Notes: generated by a model not told the origin, from the sequence alone. 64,000 nucleotides of DNA from an uncultured Christensenella sp. (GCA_910584295.1 CAJTYR010000007.1:4469-68468); one strand, 5' to 3'; shown: positions 46,948 through 56,966, counted from the stretch's first letter. Numbers and translations are program-made.

Positions 46948-49071
46948 ATGAAGAAAAAGAAGAGATTTTATCGAATTTTGTCTTTTATGTTCTGTTGTAT
47001 GTTCTTCCTTTTTGCTGGATGCAGTGCAAGTGGGGGTTCTGGCAATGGTGACAATGTTGCAGTGTTGGCTGGAACGAAAGTTTTGACAAGACCAGCAGGC
47101 TATTCTTTCTCTGATGCAGTTGGGGTGTATTCAGAGAATTATTACAATTTGTTTGCGGCAAACATTTTAAATCTATTGTATCTTTATCAAGTAGGCGGAT
47201 TTAGAGATTTCATTTTAAATCCACATAAAGAAGGCTATCAAGATATTCAGGGTGAAAATACTTATGGTAAATTTGAAAACAATCAACAATATTATCTTTT
47301 TGATACCCAACGATATACGATTGAAAAAGTTGAAAGTTTTTATGACGCTTCAAAATTTGAAAAAGATGAGGTTACCTTAAAACTAAGCAAAAATTGGAAT
47401 TGGACAATTGAAGATGTAGCCGGCAATGGTGTTGATGACATATTCTTTAAGAAAATTGTGGCAAATTCTGCGGACTATGTTAAAACAAATGATACAGTTG
47501 TTGTGACAATCAATGCAAATTGGCTTGACTTTTATAATTATAATTATGATACATTTGCAACAGAATATCCAAATTTTTTGACATCTTATGTAGGTGGCGT
47601 TGTCCAAAAAACAGATGTTTCAGAAATACTTTTCCCAGAAGGCATTAATGATTATTACAAATCTCCTTATTATGAAAAAGAGGTGGAGGGCACGCTTGAA
47701 AGTGCGATAACTTCAAAAAACTATTTCCAAGATGCTTTGGAATATGCAATCTATATGTTTGTGCTTGGTTATGACTATCACACTTATGACAAAGATGGAA
47801 ATGTTGTTGAAGGTGTCGGAAACACCAACGATGCTCCTTATTTTGACTTTAACATTACTTATGGAACTGATGGTTATGTCTCAGGGATGACTGTGAATGG
47901 CTGGGGCAACAATGTTGCAATAACAGATGCTTTGAAGATTGCAAAAGAAAGATATCAAGAGATTGGTGGCTATGTTGGAGTTGTTGAGAAAAACATTCAA
48001 CAAGTTACAAGATTTATTCTTGAGAAAATCATTGGTTCAAACAGTCCAGACGCATTTACTGTGGATATGGTTAAAAGTGAAAAGGATTCTGTAACAGGAC
48101 TTTACAAACAAAGTGCTACGCAACCAGACGATTTGACTTTCAATAGAAACTATTCTGCAATTGTAAACAATATTGTAAGATATTCCTGTGAACAAGTTCC
48201 AATTGGATATTCTTATGGGGAAGATGGCAAAGTTGAACGTCTTTCACTTAATAATGGTTTTTCAGCCTCAATGATTACTGAATACAAAGGGAATTATTTC
48301 TTTGCAAACTATGATGTTTTGTCAGAAGGCACATATTTGAATGATGATTCCGAAATATTCAAGAATATTGATGCGGCTGAATATCAAAGCATGGTGATTT
48401 ATCCAGATGAAGACTTGATTGGAAAAGCTCTTGGTGGTTTGTGGCTTGATTTTGAATATTTTGAAAATGAAGATCCAACAAAGACAATGCTTGTTGATGA
48501 AGGGTTGACTGTTAATGTAGGGTTTAGATATTATGACCACAAGCAAAACAAAGTTGTTGTTGATAAACAGGTACAAAAGAAAATTCGTTATGGAAAGAAT
48601 GGCACACAAAAAGATGAAAATGGTGAAGATGTTTCAGACGAGTCACTATTTATGATTGGTGATGATAAAAATGGACCAGATGATATGGTTTCAATTGAAG
48701 AAGGCAGTGTCATTTTTAGAGAGTTTAACAACAAAATTGGGGGAGGTGTGCTTGATCCATTTGCAAATGGATCTGAAATTGTCCCTCCTGTTGGTGGAAT
48801 TATTGGACCTATACAATTTAAAGCTTCGAAATATTTGACAGGTCTGGATAATGCCAGAAATTATTACAAACTTAACAATTCTCAAACGGCTGGACAATAT
48901 GGTACTTTGAATGAGGCTATGTTTGCTGGTGACGATGGTTGCAGTTTTATTGAGATATATTTTGACATTGATAAAGATCCAAGCAAATCGGGTATTTGCT
49001 ATGACTTTAAGGTTTGCTTAAGATATGTTGGTGAACATGAGGATGTAAATGCAATGACAGACATTGACTAA
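46948..49071 (+). CDS. Large lipoprotein, unknown function
   Basis: Signal peptide with lipobox FAGC. 707 aa, no motif recognised. Confidence 0.75.
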   Translation: MKKKKRFYRILSFMFCCMFFLFAGCSASGGSGNGDNVAVLAGTKVLTRPAGYSFSDAVGVYSENYYNLFAANILNLLYLYQVGGFRDFILNPHKEGYQDIQGENTYGKFENNQQYYLFDTQRYTIEKVESFYDASKFEKDEVTLKLSKNWNWTIEDVAGNGVDDIFFKKIVANSADYVKTNDTVVVTINANWLDFYNYNYDTFATEYPNFLTSYVGGVVQKTDVSEILFPEGINDYYKSPYYEKEVEGTLESAITSKNYFQDALEYAIYMFVLGYDYHTYDKDGNVVEGVGNTNDAPYFDFNITYGTDGYVSGMTVNGWGNNVAITDALKIAKERYQEIGGYVGVVEKNIQQVTRFILEKIIGSNSPDAFTVDMVKSEKDSVTGLYKQSATQPDDLTFNRNYSAIVNNIVRYSCEQVPIGYSYGEDGKVERLSLNNGFSASMITEYKGNYFFANYDVLSEGTYLNDDSEIFKNIDAAEYQSMVIYPDEDLIGKALGGLWLDFEYFENEDPTKTMLVDEGLTVNVGFRYYDHKQNKVVVDKQVQKKIRYGKNGTQKDENGEDVSDESLFMIGDDKNGPDDMVSIEEGSVIFREFNNKIGGGVLDPFANGSEIVPPVGGIIGPIQFKASKYLTGLDNARNYYKLNNSQTAGQYGTLNEAMFAGDDGCSFIEIYFDIDKDPSKSGICYDFKVCLRYVGEHEDVNAMTDID

Positions 49072-49182
49072 TTTTGAATAGAATTTACAAAGAAAAGGGC
49101 GAAATTTGCTCTTTTCTTTTGTTTTGAGTGTAGACAAACAATTTTAATTGTGTTAAAATATAAGAAATAGGAGAGGAGTTTG

Positions 49183-50169
49183 ATGAATGCTGGTGAAATC
49201 ACAGCCATTGTGTTGGCAAGTGGTGTCTTTGTTTTCTTTCTTATAGTTTTCATTCTTATGCCAAAGAAAGTTTTCTTTATGGCGCTTTTTTCTGGAGTCT
49301 TTGTTTCACCATTTCGACTTATCAGCATGAAATTTCGTAAAGAAGAATATCTTGAAATTATCAAAGCGTTTATTTTGTCAAAAAAATCCCATCTTAAACT
49401 CTCTTTATATCAACTGGAAATTATTTCCTCGAGCGGAGGACATCCGCTTAATATAGTGGAAGGGCTCAATGCAGCAAAGAGTGCAAAACTTGACATTGAT
49501 CTAGAATTTGCAAAAGCTGTGGATATTGCTGGCATGGATTTCTTGGAGGTTGTTAAAGAGTGCATAAATCCGAAGACAATTGAAATCCCTTTAATTTCAG
49601 GTGTGACACAAGACAATCAAGAGATAAACACAAAGGTATCTTTGACGCTCAAAACAAAGCTTCAAAATTTTCTTACTGGTGTGAATGTTGACACAATTTC
49701 TGCAAGGGCTGTTGAAGCTGTTGTCACAAAGATTGCAAACACACAGCATGCAAGTGATCTTCTTTCAAAACCACAACTTTTGGACAAAGCAATTTTTGAT
49801 GCAGGCATTGACGAGGACTCAAAATATGAGCTTGTTTCCGCTGATGTTGTTCATATTGATCTGGGAGTAAACAAAGCTCTTATCGCAGAAAAAGAGCAAA
49901 TTGAAAAGCAAAGAATTATTTCTGTAAATCAACTTGAAAGCAGACGTCTTATGGCAGTTGCTGTTGAGCAAGAAATGAAAGCTAAGGCTGAAGAAATGAG
50001 AGCAAAAACAATTGCAAACGAAGCGGAAGTCCCAAAGGCAATCATCAAAGCGATTGAAGAGGGGAAAATCAAAGATGTGATTGATTATTACAAACTTGAA
50101 AACTTGCAAGCTGACACGGCAATGAGAAGAAAATTGTTGGATAAAAATGACAATCCAAATAGAAGGTAG
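49183..50169 (+). CDS. floA: Flotillin-like protein FloA (YqfA/UPF0365)
   Basis: By eye, collinear similarity to Bacillus YqfA as I recall it (NPK.IE.P, RRLMAVAVEQEMKAKAEEMRAK, AEVP). Confidence 0.85.
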   Translation: MNAGEITAIVLASGVFVFFLIVFILMPKKVFFMALFSGVFVSPFRLISMKFRKEEYLEIIKAFILSKKSHLKLSLYQLEIISSSGGHPLNIVEGLNAAKSAKLDIDLEFAKAVDIAGMDFLEVVKECINPKTIEIPLISGVTQDNQEINTKVSLTLKTKLQNFLTGVNVDTISARAVEAVVTKIANTQHASDLLSKPQLLDKAIFDAGIDEDSKYELVSADVVHIDLGVNKALIAEKEQIEKQRIISVNQLESRRLMAVAVEQEMKAKAEEMRAKTIANEAEVPKAIIKAIEEGKIKDVIDYYKLENLQADTAMRRKLLDKNDNPNRR

Positions 50170-50175
50170 AAATTT

Positions 50176-50745
50176 ATGATTGCGTTGTATATTGTTGCGA
50201 TAGTTGTTGTTTGTGGTCTTGTTGTATTCTATTTTTGTTGGGTGAACAGAAAAAGAAAGAAGACTCTTGAGAGAATGGGCGACAAGAAGCCAAAGAAAGT
50301 TAAACAACATAAAAAAACTGTCGTAAAAGAAGAATTGAAGAAAGACCTTGAGAAGGCAGAGCAAGAGGTGATTCAAGAAGAGAAGAAGATTGAAGCCGAA
50401 CTTATTGATTTCTCTTTGGAAGATAATCAAAATTCTTCCACAGAAGAAAATGACGATTTGCGATATGAAGAAAAAAATGAATTTGGAAATAAGATCGATG
50501 AAAGTCTTTTTGAAAGCAAACTAGAAGATTATGAGAAATTTTTGCAAGAAGAACAAGAATCTTTTGATGATGAGAATTTGTCAGAAGAAGATCAAAATGA
50601 CATTGATGCTTTGATGAATTTCAATTTTGACAGCCTTAAAGGAAAGACAAGGGCACAAGTTGAACAGATGGTGAAAGACTTTTCTCCAGCAGTTCAAGAT
50701 TTCATTCTCAACGACATTTTTGAAAGAAAAAACAGTGAAGAATAA
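50176..50745 (+). CDS. Membrane-anchored acidic protein, unknown function
   Basis: N-terminal transmembrane helix, Lys-rich segment, Glu/Asp-rich tail. Confidence 0.6.
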   Translation: MIALYIVAIVVVCGLVVFYFCWVNRKRKKTLERMGDKKPKKVKQHKKTVVKEELKKDLEKAEQEVIQEEKKIEAELIDFSLEDNQNSSTEENDDLRYEEKNEFGNKIDESLFESKLEDYEKFLQEEQESFDDENLSEEDQNDIDALMNFNFDSLKGKTRAQVEQMVKDFSPAVQDFILNDIFERKNSEE

Positions 50746-50808
50746 TCAATTCTTCACTTTTTTATTCTTTATAAACTTTCAAATACATAAAATAATTCAA
50801 GGTGGATT

Positions 50809-51072
50809 ATGTTCAATTTTTTTAATGAGGTTAAAGAAAATTTGAAGGACAAAAACAAGCTTGAATTTGATGTTTTCAATCTTGTCAACATCTCTGGCAG
50901 AATTCTATATGCAGAGGGACATAAAGGCCTTGTGACACTTTCAAAAGAATTGATTTCATTTAAGGTGAAAACCGGGGTGATTCTTGTTGAGGGGAAGGAT
51001 CTTCTTTTGTCCGAGTTGAGCGAAAATACCTTAAAAATCTGTGGTCACATAAAAAAGGTGGAAGAGGTCTGA
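50809..51072 (+). CDS. yqfC: YqfC/YabP-family sporulation protein
   Basis: The ILYAEGHKGLVTLSKELISFKV...LKICGHIKKVE pattern fits the YabP family. Precedes yqfD. Confidence 0.7.
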   Translation: MFNFFNEVKENLKDKNKLEFDVFNLVNISGRILYAEGHKGLVTLSKELISFKVKTGVILVEGKDLLLSELSENTLKICGHIKKVEEV

Positions 51073-52205
51073 TGAAACTGAAAAATGAGACAGAATTTCA
51101 CATTAAGTCCCTCAATCAAGAGAAACTTTTTAATCGACTTTACAAAGACTTTGACATTTCAAACATTGAGAGATTAAACGAGAAAGAAGTTGTTTTTTCT
51201 TGTAATTTTTCGGAACATAAAAAATTGGAGAAGGCACTCAAAGAAAATAATATTGAAGTCTTGAAAGTTTCACATTTTGGTGTTTTTGCTTCACTCTCAA
51301 AGCTTTGGACGTCCATAGGTTTAATTTTGGGGATTATTGTTTTTTTCATATTCTTTGTAATTCAAAATCAATTTATTTTACGGTATGAAGTTTTGGGGAC
51401 GGACAAACTGCAAAAAGAAGAAGTGACAACTTTCATAAATTCAAATTTTAAAAGACAAAAAACAAAACTCAAAACTCGTGAAGTGGAAATTGCGCTTTTG
51501 AATGAGTTTGATGAGATAAGTTTTGTCTCTTGCATTATAAAGGGGCAAACTTTGATTGTGAATATTAAGGAAAAGCTTCTTCCAGATGAAAAATATGGGG
51601 AGTTTAAACCAATAGTATCTCGAAAAAATGCAAAAATCACAAAAATTGAACTTGTTTCGGGAACACTGAAAGTGAAAGTTGGTGACATTGTGAAAGTTGG
51701 TGATGTTTTGGTTGAACCATTTGTGATTGACTCATCCGGTGAGATTATGAAAACTTCGGCAAAAGCAGTTATATATGGTGATGTGTATAATGAAGCCAGT
51801 GTGGATCATTATGACAACTTTGTGGAAGTTTATCGAACTGGAAGAACTTGTGAGGAAAGTGTTGTCACATTGTTTGGACTTGAGATTTACAAATTTAAAT
51901 CCGACAATGAATTTGAAAAATTTGAGGTGGAATATGAAGAGAAAGACTTGTCACAAAACAATATTCTTCCGTTCAAACTCAAAAAAAAGAAATATTATGA
52001 ATTGAAAGAAAGAATTGTTTCGAGCAATTTTGAGGATGTCAAAGAAGAATATTTGAAAAAAGCTCGAGAAAATATCTTGGCAAATGGACTTGATTGTGAT
52101 AAAATAATTGATGAGTATTATACTTTAAGACACTTGAATGGTGTCACGATTGTCAATTATTGTATAGTAACACAGGAAAAAATAGGAGAGTTGTATGTTG
52201 GTTGA
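51072..52205 (+). CDS. yqfD: Sporulation protein YqfD
   Basis: Size, a single central-N transmembrane helix, and conserved position after yqfC. Confidence 0.7.
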   Translation: MKLKNETEFHIKSLNQEKLFNRLYKDFDISNIERLNEKEVVFSCNFSEHKKLEKALKENNIEVLKVSHFGVFASLSKLWTSIGLILGIIVFFIFFVIQNQFILRYEVLGTDKLQKEEVTTFINSNFKRQKTKLKTREVEIALLNEFDEISFVSCIIKGQTLIVNIKEKLLPDEKYGEFKPIVSRKNAKITKIELVSGTLKVKVGDIVKVGDVLVEPFVIDSSGEIMKTSAKAVIYGDVYNEASVDHYDNFVEVYRTGRTCEESVVTLFGLEIYKFKSDNEFEKFEVEYEEKDLSQNNILPFKLKKKKYYELKERIVSSNFEDVKEEYLKKARENILANGLDCDKIIDEYYTLRHLNGVTIVNYCIVTQEKIGELYVG

Positions 52206-52662
52206 AGGGAAAGTGTTCCCATACAAAAGAAAATTTGAAAAGCTTTTTGAAACTGCAGGAAGAATTCTTGGAGAAGACTTTTCAAAAGTTAATGTGTCTG
52301 TCAACTTTGTTTCAGAAGGAGAAATCAAAGACTTAAATAATAAATTTAGACAAATCGATAAAGTTACGGATGTTTTGTCATTTCCAAATCTTGAAAAATC
52401 ATATTTTCAGAAACTGACCGAGTTTGATGGCGAAAGAAATCCGGATGATGGAATTTTGTTTTTGGGGGACATTGTAATTTGCAAGAAGGTGGCAAAGAAG
52501 CAAGCAAAAGACTATAGGCATGGTGCTAAAAGAGAGATTTGCTTTTTGGCTCTTCATGGGCTTTTGCATCTCTTGGGTTTTGATCACATTAAGGAAGAGG
52601 AAGAACGACTTATGAAAGCCGCATCAGAGGACACTCTTCAGGCTTTTGGAGTTTCACGATGA
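52195..52662 (+). CDS. ybeY: rRNA maturation endoribonuclease YbeY
   Basis: HGLLHLLGFDH zinc motif. Confidence 0.92.
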   Translation: MLVEGKVFPYKRKFEKLFETAGRILGEDFSKVNVSVNFVSEGEIKDLNNKFRQIDKVTDVLSFPNLEKSYFQKLTEFDGERNPDDGILFLGDIVICKKVAKKQAKDYRHGAKREICFLALHGLLHLLGFDHIKEEEERLMKAASEDTLQAFGVSR

Positions 52663-53486
52663 AATGCGGATATGTGGCAGTGTTGGGCAGACCTAATGCC
52701 GGTAAAAGCAGTTTGGTTAACGCTCTTGTGGGGGAAGAAGTTGCCATTGTTTCTCATCGTAGACAAACCACAAGAGACTCTATTCTGGGTATAAAAAATG
52801 GTCGTGATCATCAAATGATTTTTGTGGATACTCCAGGTGTGCATCACAGTGAAAACAAACTTGACAAATTTATGATGAAAAATGTCCGAAGTGCAATTGC
52901 AACGGCCGATGTTGTGCTTTATCTTTTTGATGGAACAAAAGATCTTGACGAAGAGGAATTGGATTATATTTCAATGCTTAAAGAAAAGTGCGACAATGTG
53001 TTGTTACTTTGCACAAAAGCAGATAAAAAGGGCTTTGAAAATAAACTTGATGCACTTGAAATTTCTGTTCAGACAGGGAAAAATTTGAGTGATTTGGAAA
53101 AACAAATCCTTTCTTGTTTGCCAGAAAGAGATGCAATTTTTGATGAGGACCTTTATACTGACAAAAGCATAAAATTTTTGATTGCAGAAAAAGCAAGGGG
53201 ATTTCTTCTTGAAAACATTGACAAAGAAATTCCCCATGGTGTTGCAGTTGTGGTGACACGTTTTTTGGAAGAAGCAACGATTACATTTGTTGACATTGAG
53301 ATTGTGTGCGAGAGAGAACAGCATAAAGGCATTATCATTGGAAAAGCTGGGAAAACGCTTAAATCGCTTGGAGAGGTCACAAGAAAATATGCTGAAGAAC
53401 TTTTAGATAAGAAGTGCATGCTTAAGTTTTTTGTTAAAGTTGACAAAGATTGGCGAACTAAAAACATTTCCCAATATTACAATTAA
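52659..53486 (+). CDS. era: GTPase Era
   Basis: GRPNAGKSSL, DTPG, TKAD, and a C-terminal KH domain (GIIIGKAG). Confidence 0.92.
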   Translation: MKCGYVAVLGRPNAGKSSLVNALVGEEVAIVSHRRQTTRDSILGIKNGRDHQMIFVDTPGVHHSENKLDKFMMKNVRSAIATADVVLYLFDGTKDLDEEELDYISMLKEKCDNVLLLCTKADKKGFENKLDALEISVQTGKNLSDLEKQILSCLPERDAIFDEDLYTDKSIKFLIAEKARGFLLENIDKEIPHGVAVVVTRFLEEATITFVDIEIVCEREQHKGIIIGKAGKTLKSLGEVTRKYAEELLDKKCMLKFFVKVDKDWRTKNISQYYN

Positions 53487-53547
53487 ACAGCGAAAGTTGT
53501 TTAATTTTTTTCTCATTGGGAATCCTCTTTTTTGAAGGAGGAGAAAA

Positions 53548-53802
53548 ATGGTTATTGCAAACTATATTGCCTATGTGATTGCTCTTATCGGTGGAATAAA
53601 TTGGGGACTTGTCGGCATTTTCAATTTCAATCTTGTTGGTTGGATGTGCGGAGGTTATCGAAATGGCTGGTCAATTGCAATTTATGTTTTGGTTTTGCTT
53701 GCTTGTATTTGGCTTATCATCTCACCAATTATTTCAAAAGGAATGTTGGATTTGGGTTGTAAGTATAGAAAAGAAGCACAAGGCGAAAAAAAGAAAAAAT
53801 AA
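53548..53802 (+). CDS. DUF378-family small membrane protein
   Basis: GGINWGLVGIFNFNLV signature. RBS GGAGGAG. Confidence 0.75.
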   Translation: MVIANYIAYVIALIGGINWGLVGIFNFNLVGWMCGGYRNGWSIAIYVLVLLACIWLIISPIISKGMLDLGCKYRKEAQGEKKKK

Positions 53803-53820
53803 CACCCATTGGGTGTTTTT

Positions 53821-54429
53821 TTAATCATTTAAACTTATAATGGTAAATTTTTGATTTTCATCATCGTATTTTAAAGTTGTAATACCTGTGTTTGAAATTT
53901 CTCCAATCATTTCTTTAGTTTTTTCAAAAGGAATGTTTTGTATTAAACATAAAAATGCCCTTATTGCCACAAGATGAGAGGTTATTGCAATATTCTTATT
54001 AGGATTATTTTTTGAAATTCGAGTTATAACTTTTAGCATTCTTTCTGCAACATCGGAAGTTTCTTCTTGATTCTTCATATTGATATAATGCTCCGTTGAG
54101 TAAATATATTCGTTTTCTTTTGGGAATTTTTTAACTAAATCTGCTCTTAATTTATTTTCCCATTCACCGACATATATTTCTCTTAAATCCTCCTCAATAT
54201 TGATGGGTAATTTAAGTCTTGAAGATGTTGGAGAAATCGTTTGGATTGCTCTTTTAAGAGGACTGGAATAAATTGCATCGATTTTGATATTCTTTTTTTG
54301 AAATTTTTTTGATAGGTTTTCAGCCTCAAGCAAACCTTCTTCGCATAGAGAAAAATCTGTTATGCCACCAAACATTCCAGTTTTATTTGCTAAACTCTTT
54401 GCATGTCTTATCAAATATATTGTTGTCAT
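53821..54429 (-). CDS. Histidine phosphatase family protein
   Basis: MTTIYLIRHAKSLAN (RHA motif) from the internal ATG. Confidence 0.75.
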   Translation of the reverse strand: MTTIYLIRHAKSLANKTGMFGGITDFSLCEEGLLEAENLSKKFQKKNIKIDAIYSSPLKRAIQTISPTSSRLKLPINIEEDLREIYVGEWENKLRADLVKKFPKENEYIYSTEHYINMKNQEETSDVAERMLKVITRISKNNPNKNIAITSHLVAIRAFLCLIQNIPFEKTKEMIGEISNTGITTLKYDDENQKFTIISLND

Positions 54430-54584
54430 TATCGCTCCTATATTAAAAAGTATAGCATACAAAAACTCTTTAAACAAGAGAAATAAATCTTTTGTGATAA
54501 ATATATAAAAATAAAAGAATTCTCTTATTTTATTGACTTTAAGCATTTTTTATTGTAGAATAAGAAAGCAAGTCAAGAAAGTAT

Positions 54585-54658
54585 AGGGGTGTAGTTCATC
54601 GGTAGAATGAGAGTCTCCAAAACTCCAGAGGAGGGTTCGATTCCTTCCACCCCTGCCA
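54585..54658 (+). tRNA. tRNA-Trp (anticodon CCA)
   Basis: 74-nt cloverleaf: acceptor AGGGGTG/CACCCCT, anticodon loop CTCCAAA, T-loop TTCGATT, encoded CCA. Confidence 0.85.
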
Positions 54659-54670
54659 AAAAAAAATTTA

Positions 54671-54787
54671 CACTTTTACTCGTTTTCGTGTGAACACGAA
54701 AAGCATCGCTTTATCGTTTAATTTTTTGTTGCTGCACCATACGATAATCGCAGCAATACTTGGCGATTTTGTGCGAACTTATAAGTG
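54671..54787 (+). repeat. Structured interspersed element, copy B
   Basis: The ends pair (CACTT/AAGTG). Hairpin TTTTCGTG-TGAA-CACGAAAA. Shares its blocks with 23254-23391. Confidence 0.5.
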
Positions 54788-54877
54788 GATGATAAATATT
54801 TATAAACATATTGATTGAGTGAATTTACCTGTTTTTTCGAATATATCAATAAATAGTTTTTGTATGGAGATTTGAGG

Positions 54878-55288
54878 ATGAAAAAGGATTGGGATAAACT
54901 TATCAAGGCTGCAGAGGCAGCAATACAGGGAGAACGTATTATAACGCCTTTTATGAAAGGTGGCTATGTTTCAACAGCGCTGGAAACAGACAAAGGAAAC
55001 ATTTATACTGGCGTCAACTTGGATGCTAAGTGTGGGCTTGGACAATGTTCTGAAAGATATGCACTTTACAAAGTTTTTGAAGCAAACAAAGATGAAAAAG
55101 TTGTTCGTTGTGTTTGTTTTTATAGAGGCAAAGTAAGCCTGCCTTGTGGAGCTTGTCGTGAATATTTTATGCAATATGGAAATGGTATTGAAGACATGGA
55201 GATTTTGCTTGATTTAAAGACCAAAAAATCTGTCAAACTTAAAGACACCATGAATCCATGGTGGGGAGTGAATAAAAAGAAATCTTAG
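54878..55288 (+). CDS. Cytidine deaminase-family zinc enzyme
   Basis: CSERYAL and PCGACREYF match the C-A-E-R ... P-C-G-x-C-R zinc motifs. Confidence 0.7.
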   Translation: MKKDWDKLIKAAEAAIQGERIITPFMKGGYVSTALETDKGNIYTGVNLDAKCGLGQCSERYALYKVFEANKDEKVVRCVCFYRGKVSLPCGACREYFMQYGNGIEDMEILLDLKTKKSVKLKDTMNPWWGVNKKKS

Positions 55289-55429
55289 TCCTGTGTCTGT
55301 TTTATGACAATAGTTTTGTCGTTGAATACAAACGGCTAAACAAAAAGAGAGTTTAAAACTCTCTTTTATTTATTTTATATTTGATTTTTTTCTTTCAAAT
55401 TTGATATAATTGTGTCTAGGTGAAGAAAA

Positions 55430-56044
55430 ATGGTTGAAAAAATTGTAAGTGATTTGATTTCAAGCAATGTTTTTGTTGTCTCTGATGGAGACTTTTGTTT
55501 CATTGTTGATGCTGCAGCAAAAGTCGATGATGTGAAGAAAAAGGTTGCTGGAAGAAAAGTTGAGGCTATTTTGCTTACGCATGGACATTATGATCATTGT
55601 GCAAGGGTTGAGGATTATGTCAAGGCTTTTGGAGCAAAAGTCTTTGCAAGCAAAGAAATTGAAGACTATATGAAAAATGGGGAGTATAACTACAGCGAAG
55701 GAAAATTTTTACTTTCAGATTTCTCCAATTTTGAATACTTTGTTGAAGATGATGGAATTTTGAAATTGCCACATTTTGAAATAAAGTTTAAGCAACTTGG
55801 TGGGCATAGTAAAAGTGACATGATGTATGATTTTAATGGTGATTTGTTTGTGGGTGATGTGCTTATTGGACGAGACATGGGAAGAACGGATCTTTATGGC
55901 GGAAGCCGAGAAGAGATGAGTAAAAGTCTTTCGGTTTTGGGTGGCTATGACTATCAGATAATGCACTCTGGACATGGCGAAGACTTTGACAAAAAGACAC
56001 AAGACAAGGTTGCTTCTCTTTGGTTAAGATATTTAAACAGATAA
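55430..56044 (+). CDS. MBL-fold metallo-hydrolase
   Basis: LLTHGHYDHC motif. Confidence 0.8.
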   Translation: MVEKIVSDLISSNVFVVSDGDFCFIVDAAAKVDDVKKKVAGRKVEAILLTHGHYDHCARVEDYVKAFGAKVFASKEIEDYMKNGEYNYSEGKFLLSDFSNFEYFVEDDGILKLPHFEIKFKQLGGHSKSDMMYDFNGDLFVGDVLIGRDMGRTDLYGGSREEMSKSLSVLGGYDYQIMHSGHGEDFDKKTQDKVASLWLRYLNR

Positions 56045-56067
56045 AAAAATCGCTTAAAAAAGCGATT

Positions 56068-56958
56068 TTATTTTTTTATGGATCTCCTGTCTTCACCTTT
56101 GATATTAATACAAATTGAAGTTTTTTGATCAGTTATTCTTGAGAAAATTCTTTCATCATATCTTTCATAGACATCATTAAAAGTAAGATTGCTTGTTATG
56201 ACTGTCCTTCTATTTTTCATTTTCCTTTCGTTGATGATGAGATATAAATATTCGATAGTGACGCTTTGGAAAATTGGTTCTGTGCCAAGATCGTCAATAA
56301 ACAAAACATCTGCATTGATATATTTTTTTAGGATTTCTTCATCAAAATATCTTTGAAAGGTTTTGAGGTCTATACTTAAATCAAGAGAAGTGACAATGAT
56401 AACCATTTTTCCTTGAACGATAAACTCATTTGCCATACATTCAAGAAGATGTGTTTTTCCTATTCCTGTAGGGCCAGAAAAGTAAATTAAGTTTTTTTCA
56501 GATTTCTTATTGCACCATTCTTGCATTTTTTTGTATAATGGCTCAAGTTCCCCAGCAGTTTGAATGGATGGTTGAAAATCTTCCAGTTTCTCAAAGCCAC
56601 TTCCTTGAAGGAGAAGTTTTGATATTTCTGCTTTTAGACATTTGCAAGGTTTTCCGTTTACATAGCCCTCATCTTTGCAAATTGGACAATTGTAGTTGAG
56701 CGAGACATTTTCAAGTCCATATTTTGCTTTGTGTTGTTGTACGAGTTTGAATAATCTTTCTTCGTTTAATGCGTCAGTTTCTTCACCATAGGCTTCTTTT
56801 TTTCTGTTTTTAATCATTAAGGAGAGGTATTCTTTATTTACTTTTAGATATTCGTTATCGTTTTCAAGCACCGCCATTTTAGCGTTGAAAATGTCTTGAT
56901 TTTTTTTCCTTTTTGCACGAATGATATTTAAAGCTTTTTCAGTGATTTCTTTTCTCAT
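56068..56958 (-). CDS. dnaI: Replicative helicase loader (DnaI/DnaC-type AAA+)
   Basis: N-terminal zinc module CPICKDEGY...CKC, Walker A GPTGIGKTHL, Walker B LFIDDLG. Confidence 0.8.
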   Translation of the reverse strand: MRKEITEKALNIIRAKRKKNQDIFNAKMAVLENDNEYLKVNKEYLSLMIKNRKKEAYGEETDALNEERLFKLVQQHKAKYGLENVSLNYNCPICKDEGYVNGKPCKCLKAEISKLLLQGSGFEKLEDFQPSIQTAGELEPLYKKMQEWCNKKSEKNLIYFSGPTGIGKTHLLECMANEFIVQGKMVIIVTSLDLSIDLKTFQRYFDEEILKKYINADVLFIDDLGTEPIFQSVTIEYLYLIINERKMKNRRTVITSNLTFNDVYERYDERIFSRITDQKTSICINIKGEDRRSIKK

Positions 56959-56966
56959 ATTTACCC

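Noticed and set aside
49819-50430. 203-aa minus-strand ORF spanning the floA 3' end and the next gene
   Set aside because: It crosses two well-supported + strand genes, is Phe/Leu/Asn-rich, and has no RBS.
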